Made by a program: the position numbers and the translations under genes
Source of the DNA: an uncultured Pelagibacteraceae bacterium
Lineage (GTDB): Bacteria > Pseudomonadota > Alphaproteobacteria > Pelagibacterales > AG-422-B15
Direction: 5' to 3'
DNA length: 64,000 nt
Assembly (NCBI GenBank): GCA_902518955.1
Contig: CABYIR010000002.1
Coordinates: forward strand, 48,891 to 112,890
In this document: positions 1 through 9,227 of the stretch, piece by piece
Numbering within the stretch: position 1 is the stretch's first letter
How the letters are laid out: every line of letters begins with the position of its first letter
Notes under the pieces: model-generated
What the model was told of the DNA's origin: nothing
What the model saw: only the letters and a program-made list of their open reading frames with translations
The model's database searches: none

Positions 1-1
1 A

Positions 2-934
2 ATGGTTAAAAAAACAAAAAAATATCTATTTAATAAAGTTCTCATAATTGGAATTGGGTTAATCGGATCTTCAATTGCACTATCATTAAAGAAAAATAGT
101 ATCGCTAGAAATATAGTGGGCTTTTCAAAAACTGAGAAAACAAGAAAAATAGCCAAAAAAAAGCACATTGTTGATCAGACAATTAATAGGATTTCAAATC
201 GTATATCTGAAATGGATTTAATAATAATTTGTTCTCCACTCAGTACATATGAAAAAATATTTAATTTAATCGATCCTCATTTATCAAAAAAAACTATAGT
301 TACTGACGTTGGATCTGCAAAGTCTCATATCGTTAAGAATTTTCATTCATCTAAAGATAGAGTATTTGACTTTATACCAGCTCATCCCATTGCTGGAACA
401 GAACAAAGTGGACCGAATGCTGGTTTTCATGAGTTATTTATTGATAGATGGTGTATCATCACACCTATTTCTGGAAATAAGAAAAGAAATATAAATACGG
501 TCAAGAAGATGTGGAAATCAATGGGGTCAAATGTCGAAATTATGACACCAGAAAGACATGACCAAACGATGGCCATAACTTCGCATTTACCACATTTGAT
601 TGCATACAATATAGTTTCAACAGCTGCGGACATTGAAAATGTAACAAAAAGCGATGTAATAAAATATAGCGCCAGTGGGTTTAGAGATTTTACTAGAATC
701 GCGGCATCAGATCCTACAATGTGGCGCGATGTTTTATTAAGCAATAAAGACTCTTTACTAGAAGTAATTTCAAGATTTTCTGAGGATTTAAGTATGCTTC
801 AAAAAGCAATAAGATGGGAAGACGGTGAGACTCTTTATAAGCTATTTTCTAAAACAAGGAAGATACGTAACAAAATAATTGATGCCGGTCAGGATGTTAG
901 TGCTCCAGATTTTGGAAGATCAAAGAAAAAATAA
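2..934 (+). CDS. tyrC: prephenate/arogenate dehydrogenase
   Basis: 310 aa. N-terminal Rossmann motif IIGIGLIGSS and the HPIAGTEQSGP motif typical of TyrA/TyrC. ATG at nt 2, so the N-terminus looks complete. Confidence 0.85.
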   Translation: MVKKTKKYLFNKVLIIGIGLIGSSIALSLKKNSIARNIVGFSKTEKTRKIAKKKHIVDQTINRISNRISEMDLIIICSPLSTYEKIFNLIDPHLSKKTIVTDVGSAKSHIVKNFHSSKDRVFDFIPAHPIAGTEQSGPNAGFHELFIDRWCIITPISGNKKRNINTVKKMWKSMGSNVEIMTPERHDQTMAITSHLPHLIAYNIVSTAADIENVTKSDVIKYSASGFRDFTRIAASDPTMWRDVLLSNKDSLLEVISRFSEDLSMLQKAIRWEDGETLYKLFSKTRKIRNKIIDAGQDVSAPDFGRSKKK

Positions 935-1675
935 TATCTTATTTAAATCAAATATATTCATAAATAGAAATATAACTTGATTGTCTTTTATATTAAAAGG
1001 TAAGTTAAAAATATCTTCATTTGATTTTAAATCTTTAATCAATAGAATTAAACTACCATTTAATACTTTATTATCTAACTTAAGAGCACCTTTCATTTCA
1101 ATGCTCACATTTTGAGAATCTATAGTTTCTAGCCGAGCTGAATTTACTTTAGTATTTATATCAAAAAGCTGGGGACTATTCTCATTTATTTTAATATGGA
1201 CTTGATCCAGGTTTGCCAAAAATACTTCATTTCCTGTAATCTTTATATTATTAATGGCTGAATTAAGATTATGAAGATTATTTTGATCAACAAATATTAC
1301 AGATAAAACTGAATTCATATCTATATCAAATACTACGTTATCCTTATTCACTAATATTGAAATTAAATTAGATTTTAGAGCAACTTTTGATAAATCAAAT
1401 GGGTGTATTGAAAGCTGAATAGCTTTGCTCTCTAATAAAATATCATCACTTCTTGAATTTATAATTTCAAATTCTTTAATATTAGTTTGAATTTGTGTTG
1501 GAAAACCTGAGCTATTTATTGTTTTATAAGAAATGGATTCATTTTCAGCTAATTGAAGAAGTAAGTTATTTTTAAAAATATTTGATATTACAACCCAATA
1601 TACGCCATATGATAAGAGAGAAATAAAAATCAATATTACAATTGTTCGAAAATTTAATATCCCCCCAATATTCAT
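920..1675 (-). CDS. hypothetical protein with N-terminal membrane anchor (possibly DUF2125-like)
   Basis: 251-aa ORF with one N-terminal hydrophobic helix (TIVILIFISLLSYGVYWVVI). Its ATG overlaps the plsC stop as ATGA. I recognise no catalytic motif. Confidence 0.5.
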   Translation of the reverse strand: MNIGGILNFRTIVILIFISLLSYGVYWVVISNIFKNNLLLQLAENESISYKTINSSGFPTQIQTNIKEFEIINSRSDDILLESKAIQLSIHPFDLSKVALKSNLISILVNKDNVVFDIDMNSVLSVIFVDQNNLHNLNSAINNIKITGNEVFLANLDQVHIKINENSPQLFDINTKVNSARLETIDSQNVSIEMKGALKLDNKVLNGSLILLIKDLKSNEDIFNLPFNIKDNQVIFLFMNIFDLNKILFFL

Positions 1676-2406
1676 TTAGGAAATTCTCTAATTGCTTCCT
1701 CCAATAATAAATCTGATGCATCTTCAATTTTATTATAAATTTCCTTACTAAAAACTTCTGAACTTAATCCAGGCTGTATTGGCTTAAGAAATTCAATTAT
1801 AATTTTTCCTGGATATCTTAAAAAACGTCTGCGAGACCAATAATAACCAGCATTAATGGCAACAGGTAAACAAGGAATATTTAGTCCACTATAGAGTGCT
1901 GTTACTCCATATTTATAGGGTTTTTTTTCACCAATATAAGTTCTTGTTCCCTCAGGAAAGATAAGCAAGGGCCTTGGATCTAAATCCATGCTCCTTTTCG
2001 CACTTTCAACCATTGCTTGAATATTTGTTTGTCCCTTGTTTCTATTAACATAAATAAAATTGGCTTTTTTGAAAACGAGGCCAACAATTGGAATAAGTAA
2101 TAATTGTTTTTTTGCAATTACACTAGGGTGGTTTATTGCATCAAACATAAAACATGCCTCAGCTAGAGATTGATGTTTTGAAGCAATTAAATATTTCCTA
2201 TCTTTTGGAATATTCTCTATTCCTCTGTATTCTACTTCAAGGTTTACAATATATTTAAGATTAATTTTTAAGTGATAAGACTGAAAACTAATTATTTTAA
2301 AAGTAAAAATTCTTGGAAGGATAAATGTTATTGGTGCAATTATAATACAAATTATTAAAACTATATAAAAAACTATATTTGAAAGTAGTGATCGAATAAA
2401 AATCAT
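1672..2406 (-). CDS. plsC: 1-acyl-sn-glycerol-3-phosphate acyltransferase
   Basis: 244 aa. Acyltransferase motif I is KHQSLAE (HX4 followed by an acidic residue) and motif III is FPEGTR. N-terminal TM helix present. Confidence 0.8.
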   Translation of the reverse strand: MIFIRSLLSNIVFYIVLIICIIIAPITFILPRIFTFKIISFQSYHLKINLKYIVNLEVEYRGIENIPKDRKYLIASKHQSLAEACFMFDAINHPSVIAKKQLLLIPIVGLVFKKANFIYVNRNKGQTNIQAMVESAKRSMDLDPRPLLIFPEGTRTYIGEKKPYKYGVTALYSGLNIPCLPVAINAGYYWSRRRFLRYPGKIIIEFLKPIQPGLSSEVFSKEIYNKIEDASDLLLEEAIREFPK

Positions 2407-2978
2407 AATCCTATTAAAATACTAGAGCTTGTTCTGATATACTTAATATATTCTATTAATAATTTTTTAAACGATGTTTTTTTTAAATTATCATTAGCAG
2501 GTATAAAAATAATCTGTTTATCTTTGAAAAATCTACTAAATTCAAGCTTTACTCTTGGTAAATGGTAAAATGATGAAACAATTATAATAGAATCTAATTT
2601 ATTATTATGTATCCATATATAACTTTCTCTTGCATTCTCGAATGTATTTGTGGAGATCATATCGAGATCAATGCAGCAGTTAAATAGAATTTCAGAGTCT
2701 GGAAACTCAGCAATTATTGATTTTTTATTAATTTGTTTATTAACCCCAGAGATTAATAGCTTATTAACAATATTATCTCTAAGTAATGAGATGCCCTTCT
2801 GAATTCTATATTGATCACCTGTTAAAACAATTGCAGCAGTATATTCTTCATTTTTTAGATTTGTATCTGAATGTGAATATATTTGATACAAATAGTAAGT
2901 AAAATAGAAAGAAAATATTAGAACTAATGAAACTATTACTATTATAATTCTTTTATTTTTAATTTTGTCTAGCAACAT
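2403..2978 (-). CDS. DUF218 / YdcF-ElyC family protein
   Basis: 191 aa with an N-terminal TM helix and the SSFYHLPRV signature typical of DUF218. 4-nt overlap with plsC. Confidence 0.6.
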   Translation of the reverse strand: MLLDKIKNKRIIIVIVSLVLIFSFYFTYYLYQIYSHSDTNLKNEEYTAAIVLTGDQYRIQKGISLLRDNIVNKLLISGVNKQINKKSIIAEFPDSEILFNCCIDLDMISTNTFENARESYIWIHNNKLDSIIIVSSFYHLPRVKLEFSRFFKDKQIIFIPANDNLKKTSFKKLLIEYIKYIRTSSSILIGL

Positions 2979-3031
2979 ATATTTATTTGTTTATTCTATA
3001 AGTTTATAAACAATTTATCTTTAAAATATAA

Positions 3032-3421
3032 ATGATTCTTTCTTGTTCCTCATGCAGTGCTAAATATTTAGTCGATATTCATCAAATAAAATATGGTAGA
3101 CATGTAAAATGTTCTAGGTGTGGACATGTCTGGTATCATGAGAATAAAGATTATGATCCTTCAATTGATGATCAAATTCAATCTAATAATAAAAAGTTTT
3201 CCCAAACAAAAATTAATGATGACTCAAATTTACCTGTTATTTATAGGAAGAAACAAACAGTTCCATTACCATTTATATTATTAATTTTTGTAGTAATTTT
3301 TTATTCAGTTTACATGATGTCTGAAAATATATCAGATATAAATTCTGATAGGTTTACTAAAGATCTTAATAATTTAATAGATATATTTGTTAGAAAAATT
3401 TACTATCTTTTTATAATTTAA
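3032..3421 (+). CDS. zinc-ribbon (MJ0042-type) membrane protein
   Basis: 129 aa. N-terminal CxxC...CxxC pattern (CSSCSAKY...CSRCGHVW) followed by a TM helix. Confidence 0.55.
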   Translation: MILSCSSCSAKYLVDIHQIKYGRHVKCSRCGHVWYHENKDYDPSIDDQIQSNNKKFSQTKINDDSNLPVIYRKKQTVPLPFILLIFVVIFYSVYMMSENISDINSDRFTKDLNNLIDIFVRKIYYLFII

Positions 3422-3426
3422 AAAAT

Positions 3427-4656
3427 TTATTCAGATATCAATTCTTCTAAATTTTGCCTTTTACGAATAGCGAGAAATTTATTTTTATTAACTAGAATTT
3501 CAGCAATATTTGGTCTTATGTTGTAGTTTGATGACATAGAAGATCCGTAAGCTCCTGTATTTGATATTGCAATAAAATCACCTTCATTAATTTTTTGAAA
3601 TGAATCAAGTGTCAAAAATTTGTCACTAGTTTCACAAATTGGACCTACAAACTCTATAACTTTGTTTTTTTTTGTATCACACTGTAAAATCGGGAGTATT
3701 TCATGAGTTGCGCCATATAAAGCGGGTCTCATGAAATCATTCATACCTGCATCAATCACTACAAATATCTTATCCTCAGTTTCTTTTATATATAAAATCT
3801 TTGATACCAATATCGAAGTATTTCCAATAATTGTTCTTCCCGGTTCAAAAATTATTGTCCTATCCTTTTTTGCAAAATACGAATTTATGAGATTGAAATA
3901 TTTTTTAAATTGAAATTTTTCATTTTCATCAATACCAATTCCACCACCTACATCTACTGTTTTAATAGTAAATCCATTACTCTCAACTTCTTTAATTAAT
4001 TGATTAGTAATTTTACAGGCTTCCTCGAACGGTTCTAATTTCATAATCTGACTTCCAATATGAAATGCAAGACCTTTAAAATTTATATTTTCAAAAAGAT
4101 TTGATTGGATAAACAATTCTTTTACATCTTTAATTGGGACCCCAAACTTATTTTCTATTGATCCTGTTGTAATTTTTGAGTGTGTATCAGGCCTTACATC
4201 TGGATTAATTCTAATGCCAATATTTTGCTTAATATTTAAGTTTCCAGAAATTTCATTTATTTTTTTTATTTCACTAATTGACTCAGCATTTATTTGAAAA
4301 CAGTTATTCTTGATTGCAAACTCTATCTCACTCTCTGTTTTACCTACTCCAGAAAAAACAATATTTTTTGCAGAAATCCCAGCACGAAGTGCTTTTTGTA
4401 ATTCTCCTATTGAAACAACATCTGCCCCCAATCCTTCTTCAGCTATTATCTTAACGATTTCAAGATTTGAATTTGCTTTTAGTGCAAAACAAATTTTTGA
4501 ATTTGTATTTTTAAGATTTTCTTTATATTTATTAATATTATCCCTTAGACTTCTGAGGCTATAACAATAAAACGGAGTTTCAATTTCATTGGTGATGGAT
4601 TCAATCTCAAGATCTTCGCACAACAGATTCTCACCTTGGTATTGATAGTGACTCAT
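3427..4656 (-). CDS. lysA: diaminopimelate decarboxylase
   Basis: 409 aa. PLP-lysine context FALKANSN, the DVGGGIGI motif and overall group IV decarboxylase layout. Confidence 0.9.
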   Translation of the reverse strand: MSHYQYQGENLLCEDLEIESITNEIETPFYCYSLRSLRDNINKYKENLKNTNSKICFALKANSNLEIVKIIAEEGLGADVVSIGELQKALRAGISAKNIVFSGVGKTESEIEFAIKNNCFQINAESISEIKKINEISGNLNIKQNIGIRINPDVRPDTHSKITTGSIENKFGVPIKDVKELFIQSNLFENINFKGLAFHIGSQIMKLEPFEEACKITNQLIKEVESNGFTIKTVDVGGGIGIDENEKFQFKKYFNLINSYFAKKDRTIIFEPGRTIIGNTSILVSKILYIKETEDKIFVVIDAGMNDFMRPALYGATHEILPILQCDTKKNKVIEFVGPICETSDKFLTLDSFQKINEGDFIAISNTGAYGSSMSSNYNIRPNIAEILVNKNKFLAIRKRQNLEELISE

Positions 4657-4661
4657 AATTC

Positions 4662-4793
4662 TTATGAATAAAAAGTATTTTTCACATGAAGTAGGGCAGA
4701 ATCAGACCCATCAGTCGGAAACTCTAATGACCCTTTTTTACCACACGACAGTATAGTTGATATTAATAATGCAATTATTATGACTCTTGTCAT
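4662..4793 (-). CDS. small lipoprotein (LptM/YifL-like), 43 aa, absent from the ORF track
   Basis: My manual translation gives MTRVIIIALLISTILSCGKKGSLEFPTDGSDSALLHVKNTFYS*. Lipobox is ILS-C followed by GKKGSLEFP. The ATG overlaps the argH stop as ATGA, and the gene fills the argH-lysA gap where proteobacteria often carry such a micro-lipoprotein. Confidence 0.55.
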   Translation of the reverse strand: MTRVIIIALLISTILSCGKKGSLEFPTDGSDSALLHVKNTFYS

Positions 4794-6181
4794 TTTAATA
4801 TTTCTTTTTTAGCGAGCTTTATCATTTTTTTTACCTGTGATCTTGAGGTTCCTCCAAAGCTTTTTTTATTATCAACAGATGATTGTAAACTGATTGCATT
4901 ATACACCGTTTTGTTAATATTTTTGTCAAATTCTTGATAATCTGACAAATTTAATTTGTCTAGTTTTACTCCTTTTTTTTCAGCAAAGTTTACGATCTTT
5001 GCTGATAGGCCATGAGATTTTCTAAATGAGTAATTAAGATTTTTTACAAGCCAATCAGCTAATTCTGTAGCATTGGAGTAGCTTGATCTTAAAGCATTTT
5101 CCATATTTTTTTCATTAGTTTTAAGTCCCTTGATGACATCAATCATGCAATCAATAGACAGCTTTAAATTTGCACTTGTGCTTGTCAAAAGATTTTTATC
5201 TTCTTGTAAATCTTTTGAGTATGTAAGCGGTAGTCCTTTCATTACGTTTTGTATAGCAGATAAATTACTTATAATAATCGATGCTTTTGCTCTTACCAGT
5301 TCCATTGCGTCAGGATTTTTTTTCTGAGGCATAATAGATGAACTTGATAACATGTCATCTCCAAGATTAATAAAATTTATTAAATCTGATGACCATAAAA
5401 TAATTTCTTCTGCTAATCGTGACATGTGAATACTACATAGAGATGAAGAGAATATATAGTCCATCATAAAATCTCTATCTGAAACTGTATCAAGAGAATT
5501 TCTTGTTGGCTCTTTGAATTTCAGTAATTTTGTAGTTTGATATCTATTTATATCAAATGAAGTTCCAGCTAAAGCTCCTGCCCCAAGAGGATTCTGATCT
5601 AATCTTCTTTTTGATTGATTGAATCTTTCTAAGTCTCTTTTGAACATTTCATAATATGCCATTAAATGATGTGCAAAAGAAACTGGTTGGGCAGTTTGAA
5701 AATGTGTCATACCTGGAAATAAAGTATCTATATTATTTTCAGATTTCTTTATAATTATTTTTTGAAGCTTAATTATTTTACTTAAAATATTATCAATATC
5801 TTTTTTCATCCATAATTTTACATCAGTTACAACCTGATCATTTCTTGATCTAGCAGTATGTAACTTTCCAGCTACTTCTCCAATTAATTCCTCTAATCTA
5901 TTTTCAATATTCATATGAATATCTTCAAGGTCACTTTTAAAAGTAAATTTTCCTAATTCTATTTCAGATAATATTTTTTTTAGTCCAATAGAAATTTTTT
6001 TAAAATCTGACTTTGAAATAATTTTTTTAGACTCAAGCATTTTGGCATGAGCTATTGATCCCTCTATATCTTCACGGAAAAGAAACTTGTCTAGCTCAAC
6101 TGATGAATTTATTGACTTGAAAGCACCACTAGCTTCTTTTTTAAATCTTTTTCTTAATTTATTATTTTTTTTACTGGACAT
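4790..6181 (-). CDS. argH: argininosuccinate lyase
   Basis: Fumarate-lyase signature SSIMPQKKNPD. I trimmed the start to the ATG at 6181 (MSSKKNN...RKRF...). The 55 residues upstream in the track ORF are hydrophobic junk and overlap the divergent gene. Confidence 0.92.
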   Translation of the reverse strand: MSSKKNNKLRKRFKKEASGAFKSINSSVELDKFLFREDIEGSIAHAKMLESKKIISKSDFKKISIGLKKILSEIELGKFTFKSDLEDIHMNIENRLEELIGEVAGKLHTARSRNDQVVTDVKLWMKKDIDNILSKIIKLQKIIIKKSENNIDTLFPGMTHFQTAQPVSFAHHLMAYYEMFKRDLERFNQSKRRLDQNPLGAGALAGTSFDINRYQTTKLLKFKEPTRNSLDTVSDRDFMMDYIFSSSLCSIHMSRLAEEIILWSSDLINFINLGDDMLSSSSIMPQKKNPDAMELVRAKASIIISNLSAIQNVMKGLPLTYSKDLQEDKNLLTSTSANLKLSIDCMIDVIKGLKTNEKNMENALRSSYSNATELADWLVKNLNYSFRKSHGLSAKIVNFAEKKGVKLDKLNLSDYQEFDKNINKTVYNAISLQSSVDNKKSFGGTSRSQVKKMIKLAKKEILK

Positions 6182-6209
6182 TCTATTGTTATTAATTTTT
6201 ATGTACTTT

Positions 6210-6743
6210 ATGAAAGTTGTAATAAATAAATTTATTTTGCTGGTATATGCCACAATAATTCTAATTTGTAACCCCTTAAATATTAACTTTATTTTAGCAG
6301 CAGATTTTATTTTTGAGGAAAAAAGTGGGTTTTCAAGTGAATTCAAAAACGAAAATGATGATCTTTTTTCTTTAGATGATTTTAAAGAAAAGGTTCTATT
6401 AGTTAATTTATGGGCAACATGGTGTGAGCCCTGTAAAGAAGAAATGCCTTCTTTAGATAATCTTCAAACTCTTTTTAATAAAAATGAATTTACTGTTCTG
6501 CCAATAAATTTAGATCGAGGTCCAAAAAAGAAAGCTTTGAATTTTTTTGATGATTTCAACATTATAAATATAGAAACTTTTTTTGATGATAAGAATAATA
6601 TTCCTAGAGAAGTAAAAATCTTAGGATTACCTGTTACATTATTAATTAATAAAAAGGGCTTAGAGGTCGCAAGGTTAATTGGGCCAACTGAATGGACAGA
6701 TAAAAAGATATTAGAAATAATTCGAAAAGAAATATCTAATTAA
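6210..6743 (+). CDS. TlpA-like thiol:disulfide oxidoreductase (membrane-anchored or periplasmic thioredoxin fold)
   Basis: WATWCEPC active site with a signal/anchor sequence MKVVINKFILLVYATIILI. The start is either ATG 6210 or ATG 6201. The track start at 6087 lies inside argH. Confidence 0.8.
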   Translation: MKVVINKFILLVYATIILICNPLNINFILAADFIFEEKSGFSSEFKNENDDLFSLDDFKEKVLLVNLWATWCEPCKEEMPSLDNLQTLFNKNEFTVLPINLDRGPKKKALNFFDDFNIINIETFFDDKNNIPREVKILGLPVTLLINKKGLEVARLIGPTEWTDKKILEIIRKEISN

Positions 6744-7669
6744 ATCGCACCTTCAAGTTCTGGTAGAACCTGAAATAAGTCGGCAACTAGTCCATAGTCA
6801 GCAATATCAAAAATTGGAGCTTCTTCATCTTTATTTATTGCAACAATAACTTTAGAGTCTTTCATTCCAGCTAAATGTTGAATTGCTCCTGATATTCCAA
6901 CAGCAATATATAACTCTGGAGCGACTACTTTGCCAGTTTGTCCAACCTGGTAATCATTTGGTACAAATCCTGCGTCAACTGCAGCTCTTGAGGCTCCAAC
7001 AGCGGCACCCAATTTTGCGGCAACTTTATCTAATAGTTCAAAGTTCTCACCATTTTGCATACCTCTACCACCAGAAATTATTATTTTAGCAGACGTTAAT
7101 TCTGGTCTGTCTGATTTAGTTAATTCCTCACTAATATATTCAGAAATGTTAGGAATATTTTCAGGATTTATTTTCTCAACTTCACACCCTGTATCGCTAG
7201 TATCTGCTAATTTATATGCTGTTGGTCTGATTGTTAAAACTTTTTTTGCATCTGAACTTTGAACTGTAGCAATTGCATTTCCCGCGTAAATTGTTCTAAT
7301 AAATGTATCATTAGATTCAACTCCGATGATTTCAGATATCTGAGAAACATCAAGTTTTGCAGCTACTCTTGGCATAACATTTTTACCAGTGGTAGTTGCA
7401 GCAGCACAAAAATAATTGTAATTGTCTGAAATATTTACAATTGTAGACGTTAACTTTTCAGCAAGAATATTATTATATTCATCATTTTCGATATGTATGA
7501 TTTTTGATACACCAGATATTTTTGATGCTTGTTCCACAACAGAGTCAATTGCTGTACCAGCTACCATGCCGTGAACTTCTTCACCTAAATCTTTAGTAGC
7601 AGAAATCGCTTTTAAACTCTGATCACTGACTTTACCATTAGCATGTTCAATAAAAAATAATGTTGTCAT
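6740..7669 (-). CDS. etfA: electron transfer flavoprotein alpha subunit
   Basis: 309 aa with the C-terminal FAD-binding signature [19 protein letters not shown]. Confidence 0.92.
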   Translation of the reverse strand: MTTLFFIEHANGKVSDQSLKAISATKDLGEEVHGMVAGTAIDSVVEQASKISGVSKIIHIENDEYNNILAEKLTSTIVNISDNYNYFCAAATTTGKNVMPRVAAKLDVSQISEIIGVESNDTFIRTIYAGNAIATVQSSDAKKVLTIRPTAYKLADTSDTGCEVEKINPENIPNISEYISEELTKSDRPELTSAKIIISGGRGMQNGENFELLDKVAAKLGAAVGASRAAVDAGFVPNDYQVGQTGKVVAPELYIAVGISGAIQHLAGMKDSKVIVAINKDEEAPIFDIADYGLVADLFQVLPELEGAI

Positions 7670-8415
7670 ATAACCCCTGCTTCGTTTTTTAATTTTTCCA
7701 CTAATTCTGAAATATTTTCAACTTTGATTCCAGCCTGTCTTTTAGGTGGCTCGATGACTTTAAGTGTTTTAAGTCTAGGCGTGATATCGATGCCATAATC
7801 ATCTGGTGTTTTTTGATCTATCGGTTTCTTTTTAGCTTTCATTATATTTGGAAGCGAGGCATATCGTGGTTCATTTAGTCTTAAGTCAGTGGTAATTATT
7901 GCAGGCATATTCAGTTTAACTGTTTGTAATCCTCCATCTATTTCACGAGTGACTTGAATTTTATCACCATCAATTTCAATTTTAGATGCAAATGTACCTT
8001 GTGGCATATCTGTTAAAGCAGCTAGCATTTGACCAGTTTGATTATTGTCACCATCAATAGCTTGCTTGCCAGAAATTACTAATCCAGGTTTTTCTGCATC
8101 AATTATTTTAGATAATATTTTTGCAATCGATAATGGCTCAACTGTTTGATCAATTAGAACATGTATTCCTCGATCAGCTCCCATAGCCAGCGCAGTTCTT
8201 ATTGTTTCTTGGCATGATTGGTTTCCAACTGAAACAACAATAATTTCTTCAGCTTTACCAGCTTCTTTTAATCTAATAGCTTCTTCAACAGCAATTTCAC
8301 AGAATGGGTTCATTGACATCTTAACATTATCTGTTTCAACACCAGTATTATCAGATTTGACACGTATACTTACGTATGGATCAATAACTCTTTTTATAGG
8401 AACTAAAATTTTCAT
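7666..8415 (-). CDS. etfB: electron transfer flavoprotein beta subunit
   Basis: 249 aa with the typical N-terminus [13 protein letters not shown]. 4-nt overlap with etfA. Confidence 0.92.
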   Translation of the reverse strand: MKILVPIKRVIDPYVSIRVKSDNTGVETDNVKMSMNPFCEIAVEEAIRLKEAGKAEEIIVVSVGNQSCQETIRTALAMGADRGIHVLIDQTVEPLSIAKILSKIIDAEKPGLVISGKQAIDGDNNQTGQMLAALTDMPQGTFASKIEIDGDKIQVTREIDGGLQTVKLNMPAIITTDLRLNEPRYASLPNIMKAKKKPIDQKTPDDYGIDITPRLKTLKVIEPPKRQAGIKVENISELVEKLKNEAGVI

Positions 8416-8457
8416 AGGATTACGGTTAATCTATTTTTATTAATATATCAATGTATT

Positions 8458-9021
8458 TTATGTATTCAAGCCAGGCTTCCACAAGATATCTTTTTTGCCA
8501 TAATTATTTTCAACTCTCGATAGAACAAAAAATAAATCTGATAATCTATTAATATATTGAAGAGCTGAGGGATTTACCTTTTCTTTAGCACTTAAACTAA
8601 CCATATTTGTTTCGGCTCTTCTAGCAACAGTTCGAGCATTGTGTAAATATGACGCACTCATAGTCCCACCTGGAAGTATGAAGGAAGATAATGGTTTAAG
8701 ATTCTTATTATATTCATCTATTTGTTTCTCAATTCTTTTTACTTGTTTCTCAGTAATTCTGAGAGGTTTAAATTTTGGCTTGGAGACAATTGGGGTCGCT
8801 AAATCAGCGCCAAGATCAAATAAGTCATTTTGTATTTCAGATATAACTTTGGCATTTTTTTTAGAGATAGCATGCCTAACAATACCTAAAATCGAATTTA
8901 ACTCATCGATTGATCCGTAAGATTTAATTCTAATATGATCTTTTGATACTCTTTTCCCAGATGCAAGACTTGTTTTTCCTTTATCACCAGTTTTAGTATA
9001 AATTTTTGTAAGTCTAACCAT
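8458..9021 (-). CDS. PduO-type ATP:cob(I)alamin adenosyltransferase
   Basis: 187 aa with the hallmark N-terminus IYTKTGDKGKTSL of PduO/MMAB-type adenosyltransferases. Confidence 0.88.
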   Translation of the reverse strand: MVRLTKIYTKTGDKGKTSLASGKRVSKDHIRIKSYGSIDELNSILGIVRHAISKKNAKVISEIQNDLFDLGADLATPIVSKPKFKPLRITEKQVKRIEKQIDEYNKNLKPLSSFILPGGTMSASYLHNARTVARRAETNMVSLSAKEKVNPSALQYINRLSDLFFVLSRVENNYGKKDILWKPGLNT

Positions 9022-9023
9022 AA

Positions 9024-9224
9024 TTATCTTGATGCCAAATAGACAGCCAACATAATAATCAATATTGCAACAAATTGTAACAATATTCTAAGTCGCATAA
9101 GTTTGTTTGAATACTTTCTATTAAATTCCCCTCCCCTCGTCATGCTATAAATTCCAGTAGCTAGAACTAAAACTACCGCCGCAACAGATATAGGAATTAA
9201 GATATAATAAAAGACAGGGGACAT
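9024..9224 (-). CDS. twin-transmembrane-helix small protein (HIG1-domain-like)
   Basis: 66 aa. Two hydrophobic helices are separated by a loop, with an RLRILLQ (RxRx3Q-like) motif. 2-3 nt gaps to both neighbouring genes. Confidence 0.6.
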   Translation of the reverse strand: MSPVFYYILIPISVAAVVLVLATGIYSMTRGGEFNRKYSNKLMRLRILLQFVAILIIMLAVYLASR

Positions 9225-9227
9225 TTA

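Noticed and set aside
1672-2406. PlsC motif I reads HQSLAE (Glu instead of the textbook Asp of HX4D), which might indicate an inactive enzyme.
   Set aside because: An acidic residue is retained, and I recall HQSxxE/D variants being common in this acyltransferase subgroup. The FPEGTR motif is intact.
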